IMG/VR virus record: IMGVR_UViG_3300012952_000077
Location: 1 to 30,481 of that record
DNA from: a virus
Lineage: Duplodnaviria; Caudoviricetes
Direction: 5' to 3' (one strand)
Length of the DNA stretch: 30,481 bases
The notes beneath the pieces were generated by a model. The model had not been told where the DNA came from, made no database searches, and saw only the letters and a list, made by a program, of their open reading frames with translations. Both the position numbers and the translations under genes were made by a program. Shown here one piece after another: positions 8,059 to 19,000 of the stretch (position 1 is its first letter; every line of letters begins with the position of its first letter).

Positions 8059-11000
8059 ATGCCACAGAATACCAACCTGAATGTCACTCCGTATTACGAC
8101 GATTTTGACAAGAGTAAAAATTTCTATAAAGTATTGTTCCGACCAGGATTTCCGATCCAGGCTCGTGAACTTACGACCATGCAATCAATCATGCAGAATC
8201 AGATTGAGAACATGGGTACGCACTTCTTTAAAGAAGGTGCGATGGTTATACCTGGTCAAATTGGTTATGACTTAAATGTTCAAGCGATTCTTTTACAACA
8301 AAACTTCTTAGGGGCAGACGTTGAGTTGTATAGATCACAGTTAACAGGTAAGTTAATCACTGGTGTTACAACAGGTGTTAAGGCAAAAGTACTTTATTCA
8401 ATATCATCTGAGACTTCTGATAGAGGTTATATTACACTATATGTTAAGTACATTGACTCTGCTGACGCAACAAGTACTGAAGATATTAAAACTTTTAAAA
8501 ATAATGAACAGTTACTAGCAGATGCTGATATAACTTTTGGTACTACATTGATTGAGCAGGGTTCACCTTTTGCTCAGATGTTACCAGATAATGCAAGTGC
8601 TGTTGCTTCTGCTGCATATATTAACGAAGGTGTATACTTCATTCGTGGATATTTCGTAGACGTTCCTACTGGTTATATCATTCTAGACCAATATACAAAC
8701 ACTCCATCATATAGAGTAGGACTTGAGGTATCAGAATCTATCATTACCTCTGAGGATGATCCATCTCTAAATGATAATGCTGCTGGTACATCTAACTATT
8801 CTGCACCAGGTGGTCATAGATTTAGAATTAGAACGCAATTAGTTAAGAAAGCAATAACAGATGACTCGGATAAAAACTTTATAGAATTGTTGCGTCTTAA
8901 GAATTCTAAGGTACAACAGTTTGTAGAACATACAGCATATACAGAACTTGAAAGATCAATGGCACTTCGTACTTACGAAGAGTCTGGAGACTATGCTATT
9001 GATACTTTTGATATCACAATGCGTGAGCATAAGGATGATGGATTTAATAATGGTGTATATCAGGCAGATGAATCATCACTTGCTGGTTTAAATGCATCAG
9101 AGAGTCATGTTGCTGCTGAAGTTTCACCAGGTAAAGCGTATGTAAAAGGATATAGAACTCAAACTCTATCACCAACATATGTTGATATTCCTAAAGCAAG
9201 AGATACTAATGCAGTTCAGAATACTATTATTCCGTTTGAACTTGCACAATCAGTTCTTGTTACCAACATCTATGGTTGGCCACTATTGACAGGTCCTAAC
9301 GTAACCTATAACTATCAGGTTCTTGAGTTACGTGACAACTGGAATCCTTCAGGAGAAGGAACACCTCAAGGTAATATCATTGGTTTTGCAAGATGTGCTC
9401 AATTAAGTAACGAACTTACTAATGGTGGTATTGCTAATGCTACTCAAGGTAATATGTTGCACATCTTTGACGTGCAAATGTACACAGTATTGAATACTGC
9501 TGCTGATGTATCTGCAACTCTTAATGAGACTGGAATGATCGTTAGAGGTGCATCTTCAGGTGCTATAGGATCTATTCGTTCTATTAGTACAACTACTATT
9601 CAATTGACTGATGTTAAAGGTTCTTTCCGTCAGGGTGAGCAAATTGAATTAGACGGAGTTGCATTAACATCTATTAGTGCTCTTTGGACTTTTGAATTTA
9701 CTGATACTCGTTCTGTTGTGGGACGTGCAGATTTAGCATTGAACTCAACTGTTGTATTTACAGCAGATTTACTATTGAATACTGTTGAGTTTATTGAAGG
9801 TACAAAACACAATGTTGTATTGACAGGTAGTTTACCTAATACAAAATTAACTGGATCAACAACTAACTATGCTTCGGATGTACGTCCAGGAGAAGTATTA
9901 TCTGTAGGTATGTCTGATCAGACAGGTAATAATACAATGAGAGTGTTGGGAATTACTCAGTCAGATATTAACGCTACTTCAACAAACAAGAATAGTGGAA
10001 CCAATGTTATCTACGGTACTCCAACAGTTCAGACAGTACTGTTAGATGGAAGTAAGACTGTAGGTTCAGTTGTTGATGCAGATTATGATAGAGTTGGAAG
10101 ATTACGTCCTAGAGTATTCCTTAAGAACTATCAAAATGGTAACCTTACCATTGACATGCCGAAGGAATCTATTAAGTCAATTTCTGACGAATCCTTCACA
10201 GTTTATAGAACTTACAATGCTCAAAGTATTAACAATGGTGGTACAACAATTACTCTTGGTGAGAATGAGCAGTTTGAAACATTCTCTAATGATAACTTTG
10301 TAGTAACCATTGACACAGGTGGTGGTAGTAATAACGACTACGCAGGACCTGGTACTAAGATTGACATGGAAGCTGCTGTTAATGGAGGTACTATTGCAAT
10401 TACATTTGGTGCCGATAGACAAACAGCAACCTTAACATCTCCTGGTGCTGCTGGTACTGGTCTTAAGAGTATTACTTCAATTAAAGCAACAGTTGCACTT
10501 TCTAAGTCTGTAGTACAACGTAAGATTAAAACTGCATCTAAGATGCAATGTTTATCAGTTAATAAGACTAGAACTAAGCAAGATCAACAGTTATTTGGAT
10601 TAGGATATAGTAATAAGTATGGAACTCGTATTGAAGATGAGGAAATTACATTCGGTCTAAATGACGTTTATAAGATCCATGCAGTATATGAATCACTAGA
10701 TGGTGAAGCTGCTAAGGTTCCATTTGTAACTTTAGTTGAAACAGCATTCTTTGCTACTGGAACTCTAGTTGAGGGTGGTACATCTGGTGCTCGTGCTAGA
10801 GTTGTAGACTTTGTATCATCATCTTTAAAATTATATCTTGTTGTTCTTGATGGAGAATTCATACCTGGTGAACTTGTATCAGGTGTCAATAGTAATGCAG
10901 AGGCAATCAATGCATTTGTTTCTGATGCTGATGGTGCAATTGAAGTAGGTTCTACTAATATTACAATACAATATAATCTACAACCAGGACAAGATTCTTA

Positions 11001-14000
11001 TTACTACGATGTTTCTCGTTTAGTTCGTGGAAAAGCATACTCACAACCAAGACATCAATTAGCAATTGTATTTGATTACTTTAAGCATGAGTCTTCAGGA
11101 GACTACTTTAATGCTCAGTCATATGTTGGTATAGATTATAATGAAATTCCAGATTGGAAACCTGAAGGTGGTATTATGTTCTTGCGTGATACTATTGACT
11201 TCAGACCAGGTGTTAAAGAACTTGCTAGTGGATCTGGTACAGTAGGTAATCCATATTATGTAACTTGTACTTGTTTTGACTTTGAATCTCGTGTCTTTGA
11301 CGCTACTTCAACTGTCTTTGATATTATGGATACTGGCACATCATTCCGATGTGACTTTGATTATTATCTACCAAGAATTGATAAACTATTCCTAACACAT
11401 GATGGGCAGTTCCAATTAGTTAAAGGTAAGTCAGCTGAGGAACCTCAAGAACCTGACCATATGGATGCAGCAATGCTTATGGCAGTCATTGAGCACAAAC
11501 CATATTGTTATGATCCAGAAAGAGATATTCTAGTAGAGACTGAAAATAATAGACGTTATACAATGCGTGACATTGGTAACATTGAAACTCGCTTAGATAA
11601 CGTTGAGTACTATACTTCACTATCTCTTTTAGAAACTGAGACTCAGAATGCTACTACTTACGATGAAGATGGTTTAAACAGATTCAAGAACGGTTATGTT
11701 GTTGATGACTTTACTGACCATACTGTTGGTGATATTTTAAACGAAGATTATAAAGCATCTATTGATATTGAGAATGGTTATCTAAGACCTTCTCACTATA
11801 CTAATAACTGTCCATTAGAATGTAATTTTGCTACATCAACAGGTATAGCATTAACTCCATACGATCCCGATGATCTTGATGAGTCATTAGTTGTTACTCT
11901 TCCTTATGAAAATGAGGCAATTATTAATCAACCATATGCTTCAAGACTTGAGAACGTAAACCCATTTAACGTATTCACATTCATTGGACGTGTTGATTTA
12001 CTTCCATCATCTGATGACTGGGTTGACATTAAGCGTTTACCTGCTCGTATTGAAAACGTTGAAGGTGACTTCTCACAGGTAGCAAGAGATCTTAACGTTG
12101 ATAAGAATGGATTCTCTCCTACTCAATGGACTGGATGGACAACTAACTGGACTGGTGAAAGAGTAAGATCTAGTCGTAACTTCCGTTCTAGAACAAACTT
12201 AGGTGGTGGTCGTAGACTAGGTAGATTAGGTCACGCAGGTCGTCGTCAAGGTTTATTCTATGTTCACCAACGTCGTGAATTTACAGTTACTAATAACCAA
12301 ACTCGTTTAGGTATCAGAACTCGTGTTGTACCTAAGATTACAAGGCAGTCACAGGGTGATTCAATTCTATCACAAACCAATATTCCTTGGATGAGATCTA
12401 GAAATATTCGTTACACTATTACTCGTGCTAAGCCCAAGACAAGAATGTATGCATTCTTTGATAAGAAGAAGATTACTAATTACATTACTCCTAAACTGAT
12501 TGAATTAGTTAAGAACTCAACTGAGGATGCTAGAACAAATGAAACACCATTTGTTGTTGGAGAAGTTGTTAAAGGTTTGACTTCAAACTGTCGTTTGAAA
12601 GTTCTTAGACCTAACAGTGTATATGACACTAACCCATATTCAACAAATGATGATGCACTACCAACATCATATTCATCTCAGACACCGTTGTTAAATCACA
12701 ATGCTGCACAGATGGCAAAGATTACCAATAACAAAGCAAGAGGTAATATTGCTGTTGGTGAAGTATTAGTTGGTTTGACTTCTGGTGCTCGTGCTGTTGT
12801 TAAAGATCGTCGTCTTATTACTGATAAGCGTGGATATGCTAGAGGATGTTTCTTCGTTCCACCTCCAGTTAAAGATGTTAACCCACGTTGGGCAACTGGT
12901 GTTAGAACAATTAGATTCACATCTAGTGAAAAGAACTCAATGACTCCAGGTACAGTTGATTCTTCAGCTGAAACAAACTTTGCAGCAAGAGGTACTTTAA
13001 CTACTGTACAAGAAACTATACACTCAGTTCGTGACGCTCAAGTCGTTATGGATACTGTGACAGATACTCGTACTGTTACATCTACTAGAACTGAGGTTAG
13101 ACAGATTGGTTGGTATGACCCTCTCGCACAATCATTCCTTGTTGATACTGAGGGTGGTGTATTCCTAACTGGTGTTGATATTTACTTTGGAAGTAAGGAT
13201 GATGCTATTCCTATCTCTATGCAACTTCGTTCTATGGAGAATGGTTATCCTTCTAAAGTTATCTTACCTTTCTCTGACGTTAGTTTAAACCCAGAGGATG
13301 TTGAGATATCTGATAATGCTGCTATACCTACAAGGTTTACATTCCAAGCACCTGTTTATATTAAACAGTCTATTGAATATTGTTTCGTTCTACTATCTGA
13401 CTCTAATGAATATACAGTCTGGATTTCTAGAATGGGTGATATAGAGATTGGTGGAGATAGAACTATATCTGAACAACCTTACTCTGGTGCGTTATTCAAA
13501 TCACAGAACGCATCTACATGGACTGCTGACCAGTATGAAGATTGTAAGTTTACAATTTACCGTGCGGTATTTGATACAACTGCTGGTGGAGTTGTTAAAT
13601 TTGAGAACGCAGAACTTGGAGTTGCAAATGCGGGTTCACATACTCTAGTTGAAAACCCAATTCAGACATTGAAACCTCAACAGGTTCTAACACTTGCTAC
13701 TGGTACTAACTATAACATATCAGTTGGTGCTCGTCTTTATCAGGAAACTACACTTGCTGAAGCAACTGTTACAGCATTCAATAGTACAACTGATCCAGAT
13801 ACAATAACTATTACTTCTATTAAGGGATCATGGTTATCAGGATCATTAGATAATAATGGTAATACAGTACAAGGTATCGTATCTTCTGCTGCTACTGCTA
13901 CGTTATATCTAACACACCCTGTTACAGGTACATTTACTGTTCCTAATACTTCCGATCCTTCTAATCCTATTGAAGGTGGATTTGTTGTTGGATCTTCTAG

Positions 14001-15522
14001 TGGTACTAGAGCACAGATCACAGGATTTACTGAGGGTTCAGCAGGTGTTCCTTCAGAACTAACAGTTCGTTATGTTAGTGGTGTATTTGATCCTTCTCAA
14101 GATCAGATAGACCAAGAGAATAGTACTGCTGCTGGTGCATTTGCTACTGGACACGCTAGTGGTGGTGTAACTGCTGCTGGTGATAGTGTTAATGCATATC
14201 CAGTTGCACAACCAACTTATAATAATGATGAGCGTGAGTGTTGGGTATATCATCAAAACCATGGTATGCATGACAGACAAAATAACGTTGAGATTGAAGG
14301 CATCATGTCTGAGATCACTCCAACAAGTTTGACTGCTGCTCTTGCTGCTGATTCACTTTCTATTAGTGTTGAATCTGCTGCTGGATTCCATACGGTTGTT
14401 AACGGTGTTGCTGTTTCATCATCTAACCCAGGTTACATAATGATTGAAGATGAGATTATACAGTATAGTGCAATCTCTCAAGATGGTAAGACCATAACAG
14501 TACCTACTCTATCTGCTAGAGCTGCTGCTGGAACTACTGCTGCTGCTCATGCTAATGCTACTCCAGTATTCTGTTATAACTTAGATGGTGTTCCTCTAAC
14601 AGAAATCAATAAGGTTCACACTTCTATTTCATGTCCAACTATGGACACATACATGCTTCATCTAACTTCCGTTGCCACTGATGGTATACGTGCAGGTGGA
14701 TTTGCTGGTGTTGCAACTCAGAACTTACCATTTGAAGTATTGACACCTAACATGAAGACTATGGTTCTACCTAAGACCGAACTTCGTGCTAGATGTAATA
14801 CTGTTACTGCTACATCTATGAATGATGGTAAGACAGCAAACATGACTCAGCAATCATTCATTAATGATGGTGTGTTTGAGGATATTATTCTAAACGAACA
14901 GAATTACTTCCCAACTCCTCGTATGATTTGTTCTAAATTAAATGAGGATAATGAGTTGAGTGGTGCTAAATCATTCACTATGGAATTGATAATGACTAGT
15001 GAATCTGATAATGTATCACCTGTGGTTGACCTTGATCGTTCTTCTTTGATTACTACATCAAATAGAATTAACAATCTAGTAGGCACAAGCACTGGTGGAT
15101 CTGGTTACTTAATGGAAACTGGAACCTCTGGATTCCAGACTAATAATGACTGGTCAACCCTAGCAAAGGGTGATCCAAATGAGGCTATATACATTACACG
15201 TCTAGTTAAACTTGCTACTAAAGCAACTGCTTTAACTGTGTCGTTTGCTGCTAGTAGACATTCTGATACAACTATTGGCATCTACTATAAGGTTAATCCT
15301 GTTGGATCAACTGGAAGTTTAGATGAACAACAATGGATCAATATGGGTTATCAGACTAACTATAACTCAACTGCTACAGAAGAAGAACTTTGGAAAGATT
15401 ATGAATACGAAGTTAAAGGTTTGAACTTTAACGCAATGCAAATTAAAATTGTTATGCGTTCAACAAACCAGTCTCGCGTACCATTAATCTCAGATTTCCG
15501 TGCTATTGCCCTTGCTAAATAA
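8059..15522 (+). CDS. VrlC-like / DUF4815-type large virion structural protein (2487 aa)
   Basis: MPQNTNLNVTPYYDDFD..KNFYKVLFRPG.PIQARELT, RTYEESGDY, PGKAYVKGY, YYLPRIDKL, RRYTMRDIG, RFKNG.VVDDF, DPLAQSF, LFKSQNASTW, C-terminal RAIAL; usual position directly after gp8 in cyanomyoviruses. Confidence 0.85.
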   Translation: MPQNTNLNVTPYYDDFDKSKNFYKVLFRPGFPIQARELTTMQSIMQNQIENMGTHFFKEGAMVIPGQIGYDLNVQAILLQQNFLGADVELYRSQLTGKLITGVTTGVKAKVLYSISSETSDRGYITLYVKYIDSADATSTEDIKTFKNNEQLLADADITFGTTLIEQGSPFAQMLPDNASAVASAAYINEGVYFIRGYFVDVPTGYIILDQYTNTPSYRVGLEVSESIITSEDDPSLNDNAAGTSNYSAPGGHRFRIRTQLVKKAITDDSDKNFIELLRLKNSKVQQFVEHTAYTELERSMALRTYEESGDYAIDTFDITMREHKDDGFNNGVYQADESSLAGLNASESHVAAEVSPGKAYVKGYRTQTLSPTYVDIPKARDTNAVQNTIIPFELAQSVLVTNIYGWPLLTGPNVTYNYQVLELRDNWNPSGEGTPQGNIIGFARCAQLSNELTNGGIANATQGNMLHIFDVQMYTVLNTAADVSATLNETGMIVRGASSGAIGSIRSISTTTIQLTDVKGSFRQGEQIELDGVALTSISALWTFEFTDTRSVVGRADLALNSTVVFTADLLLNTVEFIEGTKHNVVLTGSLPNTKLTGSTTNYASDVRPGEVLSVGMSDQTGNNTMRVLGITQSDINATSTNKNSGTNVIYGTPTVQTVLLDGSKTVGSVVDADYDRVGRLRPRVFLKNYQNGNLTIDMPKESIKSISDESFTVYRTYNAQSINNGGTTITLGENEQFETFSNDNFVVTIDTGGGSNNDYAGPGTKIDMEAAVNGGTIAITFGADRQTATLTSPGAAGTGLKSITSIKATVALSKSVVQRKIKTASKMQCLSVNKTRTKQDQQLFGLGYSNKYGTRIEDEEITFGLNDVYKIHAVYESLDGEAAKVPFVTLVETAFFATGTLVEGGTSGARARVVDFVSSSLKLYLVVLDGEFIPGELVSGVNSNAEAINAFVSDADGAIEVGSTNITIQYNLQPGQDSYYYDVSRLVRGKAYSQPRHQLAIVFDYFKHESSGDYFNAQSYVGIDYNEIPDWKPEGGIMFLRDTIDFRPGVKELASGSGTVGNPYYVTCTCFDFESRVFDATSTVFDIMDTGTSFRCDFDYYLPRIDKLFLTHDGQFQLVKGKSAEEPQEPDHMDAAMLMAVIEHKPYCYDPERDILVETENNRRYTMRDIGNIETRLDNVEYYTSLSLLETETQNATTYDEDGLNRFKNGYVVDDFTDHTVGDILNEDYKASIDIENGYLRPSHYTNNCPLECNFATSTGIALTPYDPDDLDESLVVTLPYENEAIINQPYASRLENVNPFNVFTFIGRVDLLPSSDDWVDIKRLPARIENVEGDFSQVARDLNVDKNGFSPTQWTGWTTNWTGERVRSSRNFRSRTNLGGGRRLGRLGHAGRRQGLFYVHQRREFTVTNNQTRLGIRTRVVPKITRQSQGDSILSQTNIPWMRSRNIRYTITRAKPKTRMYAFFDKKKITNYITPKLIELVKNSTEDARTNETPFVVGEVVKGLTSNCRLKVLRPNSVYDTNPYSTNDDALPTSYSSQTPLLNHNAAQMAKITNNKARGNIAVGEVLVGLTSGARAVVKDRRLITDKRGYARGCFFVPPPVKDVNPRWATGVRTIRFTSSEKNSMTPGTVDSSAETNFAARGTLTTVQETIHSVRDAQVVMDTVTDTRTVTSTRTEVRQIGWYDPLAQSFLVDTEGGVFLTGVDIYFGSKDDAIPISMQLRSMENGYPSKVILPFSDVSLNPEDVEISDNAAIPTRFTFQAPVYIKQSIEYCFVLLSDSNEYTVWISRMGDIEIGGDRTISEQPYSGALFKSQNASTWTADQYEDCKFTIYRAVFDTTAGGVVKFENAELGVANAGSHTLVENPIQTLKPQQVLTLATGTNYNISVGARLYQETTLAEATVTAFNSTTDPDTITITSIKGSWLSGSLDNNGNTVQGIVSSAATATLYLTHPVTGTFTVPNTSDPSNPIEGGFVVGSSSGTRAQITGFTEGSAGVPSELTVRYVSGVFDPSQDQIDQENSTAAGAFATGHASGGVTAAGDSVNAYPVAQPTYNNDERECWVYHQNHGMHDRQNNVEIEGIMSEITPTSLTAALAADSLSISVESAAGFHTVVNGVAVSSSNPGYIMIEDEIIQYSAISQDGKTITVPTLSARAAAGTTAAAHANATPVFCYNLDGVPLTEINKVHTSISCPTMDTYMLHLTSVATDGIRAGGFAGVATQNLPFEVLTPNMKTMVLPKTELRARCNTVTATSMNDGKTANMTQQSFINDGVFEDIILNEQNYFPTPRMICSKLNEDNELSGAKSFTMELIMTSESDNVSPVVDLDRSSLITTSNRINNLVGTSTGGSGYLMETGTSGFQTNNDWSTLAKGDPNEAIYITRLVKLATKATALTVSFAASRHSDTTIGIYYKVNPVGSTGSLDEQQWINMGYQTNYNSTATEEELWKDYEYEVKGLNFNAMQIKIVMRSTNQSRVPLISDFRAIALAK

Positions 15523-15782
15523 TGGAAGACGATTTTTCAGCATTTACTGAAGAACTTATCCCTGTTGAAGGGGAAGACGGTTGGTATCGTGACCCTGCCT
15601 CTGGTGCAGTTCTTAACTGCAACACACAAAAATACGATGAATACATGGCTCAATACGAAGCCCGCCAGGCTAAGAAAAAAGATTTTAACTCTTTACAAAC
15701 TGATGTTGATGTGCTAAAATCTGATATAGGCGATGTTAAAGACCTTTTGAAACTTTTACTAAACAAACAAAATGACCGTTGA
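15522..15782 (+). CDS. Conserved small phage protein with C-terminal coiled coil (86 aa)
   Basis: TAATG coupling to upstream gene; VEG..GWYRD..SGAVLN motif then heptad pattern LQTDVDVLKSDIGDVKDLLKLLL. Confidence 0.8.
   Translation: MEDDFSAFTEELIPVEGEDGWYRDPASGAVLNCNTQKYDEYMAQYEARQAKKKDFNSLQTDVDVLKSDIGDVKDLLKLLLNKQNDR
15692..15720 (+). promoter_or_regulatory. Sigma70-type promoter inside the 86-aa gene
   Basis: TTTACA (15692-15697), 17-nt spacer, TAAAAT (15715-15720), with extended -10 TG at 15712-15713. Confidence 0.6.
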
Positions 15783-15984
15783 AAGAGTATCTCAAGATGA
15801 ACTTAAAGCACAGTTCACTGAGCGTTTACAAAAATTGGTTGCTGAGAATAACCAGCTTGGAACCAAGATGCGAGATAATGAACAACAGATCCTTAAGTTA
15901 CAAGGAGCAGTTGAAACTTTAGATTATCTCATAAATCCTGAACCAACAACTGAGACTCCTCCAGAAGCAACAACCGAAGAATAA
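15772..15984 (+). CDS. Small coiled-coil protein with acidic Pro/Thr tail (70 aa)
   Basis: Fills the gap before the terminator; heptad helix plus LQGAVETLDYL; overlaps previous gene by 11 nt. Confidence 0.8.
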   Translation: MTVERVSQDELKAQFTERLQKLVAENNQLGTKMRDNEQQILKLQGAVETLDYLINPEPTTETPPEATTEE

Positions 15985-15986
15985 TT

Positions 15987-16012
15987 GGAGGGGTCAGCAG
16001 ACCCCTTTCTTT
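15987..16012 (+). terminator. Rho-independent terminator
   Basis: Stem AGGGGTC (15989-15995), loop AGCA, GACCCCT (16000-16006), followed by TTCTTT, immediately after the stop codon. Confidence 0.85.
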
Positions 16013-16016
16013 ATGG

Positions 16017-16024
16017 TATAAATA
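16017..16024 (+). promoter_or_regulatory. Perfect T4 late promoter TATAAATA for the fibre/neck operon
   Basis: Exact consensus, intergenic, just after the terminator and 37 nt before ATG 16062. Confidence 0.88.
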
Positions 16025-16061
16025 ACAATATAGAACCTGTGCCCCTACAGAATATAAACAG

Positions 16062-19000
16062 ATGGCAAATAGATTACAACTAAGACGAGGAGGTGCTCAA
16101 GAGTGGGCAAACGAAAACCCTACTCTAGCTCAAGGCGAAATTGGAATTGAACTTGATACGAACCGATTTAAAATTGGTGATGGTGTTAGGGGTTGGAACA
16201 CTTTGCCATATGAACGACCTATAGAATCTGTTGCTAACACAGCAAACACTCTTGTGGTAAGGGATGCAGACGGTAACTTCAGTGCAGGTTCTATTACAGC
16301 AACTGTTATCGGTAATGCTGCTACAGCATCAAGACTAGCAAACCCACGTCAGATACAGTTATCAAGTGACTTAGCAGGTTCGGGCACATTTGATGGATCA
16401 GGTAACCTTTCCATCGCTGCACAGTTACAGATTCTTACAACTCTACCTCATTATGATGGTACTACAACATCTACAGGTGACTATACAAAGGTAACAGTAG
16501 ACGCAAAAGGTAGGATTACAAATGCTTCACAACCATCTTCATATACTGCTCTTGGTTTAACAGACGTACAACCATTAGATACTGACTTAACATCTATTGC
16601 AGGTTTAACATCAACAGGATTACTTTGTAGGGCATCAGCAGGTAACATGGTTCCTAGAACCATTAACGGTTCATCTGGTAGAATATCAGTTGTTAGTGGT
16701 AGTGGTGTTGCAGGTAACCCAACGATTGACCTTCCTGATACAACTATTGCAGTAGAATCAGAATTTGTTTCAAGTACTGGTCAGTATAATATTCCATCTT
16801 TAACATCAGTTGGTGGAGATAGTCTTCCAACTGCTGCAAATATAACTGTTAACGCTACAAGATATACAGTAGACCAGTATGGTCGTTTTACATCTGCACT
16901 GACTATTCCTATTGCTACTGCTATAGAAGGAAGTAAGTATGCTGCTTATAATGCAGGAACTACATATGTACGTTATGATATTATTGAAGCTGGAAGTAAG
17001 GTCTATCAAGCAATAACAGGTATTGCTTCTGGTGGTGGAGCACCAACTCATTCAGATTCTTCTGATGCTGGTGGGTGGAGATATCTTGCTGCTGCTAAGG
17101 TAGAGCAAAAAGGTCTTGCTTCATTTGCACAAGAAGATTTTGATGTTGATGACAATGGTCATGTCAGCATTGCTGCTCAAGGTATTGATAATACTCAACT
17201 TCAAAATAACAGGTTATCATTCTCTGATAATAATACACAACAGAATTTTGAACTAGATCAAGAATTAACTATTGCTGGTTCACATCATGGATTTGATTAT
17301 CTTAATTATATCAAGATCAATGATACAAGTGGCAACCTATTATTTGGTGCTAATAATACAGGTGATGGTGGAGCTGGAGAAATTGATATTAACGTTAGAT
17401 CTTACTTCAGTGACCCTGATGTAACATTTGATGGTGCTGTTGCACAGATGATAAACAAGACAGGTGATGGAAACTTCACTCTTGGTTTATCTAATAATAG
17501 TGGTGATGCTAGAAACCTAACAATTGTTGCTGCTAACACTGGTGCTGGAACAAGTAATGTTGTTATTCAAGCAGAAGATACTGTAACTATTAATGCTACT
17601 GAAGCAACTGGTAAAGTACATGTAGAAGATGTAAGAGTACAAACCAACTACATAGCAACAACCAATGCAACAATGTATTTGGATCCAGGTGATGACCGTG
17701 CGGTCACTGGAACCGTAGTAGTAAGTGGAGATTTACAAGTAGATGGAACGACTACAACAGTTAATTCAACCACTTTACAGGTTGACGATCCTATTGTCAC
17801 TCTTGGTGGTGATACTGCACCAGTTTCAGATGACAACAAGGATAGAGGAGTTGAATTCAGATATTACGACGCAAGTGCAAAGGTTGGATTCTTTGGATAC
17901 GATGATTCTGCCACTGATCTTGGAGGACATACAGGAGCATTCTCCTTCCTCTACGATGCCACAAATACCTCGGAGGTATTCTCTGGAACAGATGCAGGGA
18001 TCATTGCGGGTAATTTAAGTCTTACAACAAATACTAACTCAACATCTAATACTACTGGAGATTTGGTAGTTGCTGGTGGTGCGGGTATTGGTGATGATGT
18101 TAATATTGGTGGTACGTTAGATGTAGATACTAACTTCCGTACTCATGGTACAAGTAGATTTGATGATAATATTGTATTCCAAGGTGCTTCTAAGACATTA
18201 TCTCTGAATAATGGTAGTGGTACAACTAAGATTCAACTTCATACTACCACAGGTAATGTTGAAATTGCTGGTATTTTAACTAACACTGGTAATGTTGATG
18301 CTAATGCAAATCTAAACGTAGCATCTCTAGTTCATTTTGAAAGTACTGATGAACCAACTGTTGCACTGAATGGTGGAACTGGTAATTGGGATATTCAATC
18401 ATCTGATTATGGTGCTGTAAAAATAGATGGTGGTGGATATGTTGCAGGTGATTGGGTGTTTGATAAAGACTTATATGTTAATGGTCTAATCAGACAGAAA
18501 GATGATACTACTGCAAACTTTAACTTAAAGAACTACCTATCTGTTCGTTATAAGTTACGTGTAGGTTCTACTGTTCAACATAATCCTTCTTATGCAGATG
18601 ATAACACATCTAACTTAAGAGTATATGGTGGTGCAGGTATTGTTCAGGATTTACATATTGGAGACGATCTATACATTGGTAAGGTTAATAGTGGAGATAC
18701 TGTTGAGTTCCAAGTACTTGGTGAATCTGGTAATACTACTATTGGTAGATCAGGAGCTGGTACTGCCTCTGTAGGAACTTTAACTGTCTATGGTGATACT
18801 ACTCTTGATAGAGATGTTGATATTACTGGTAATGTAACTGTAACTGCTAACTCAGAATTCAATGGAACTGTTGATGTAGATGCTGACTTCGCAGTTAGAA
18901 ATGGTACTACTGATAAGTTCTTTGTTGATAACGTAACTGGCAATACTAATATTGAAGGCACACTGACTGCTGATGGTCATACTGAATTAAATAGCACTCT

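Noticed and set aside
15514-15521. GCTAAATA directly before ATG 15522 (similarly GTTAAATA at 29143-29150)
   Set aside because: The first is too close to the ATG to include it in a transcript; both are weak matches explainable by Lys-stop codons.
8059-15522. 'Virulence' interpretation of the VrlC-like gene
   Set aside because: The name is historical; context indicates a virion structural protein.
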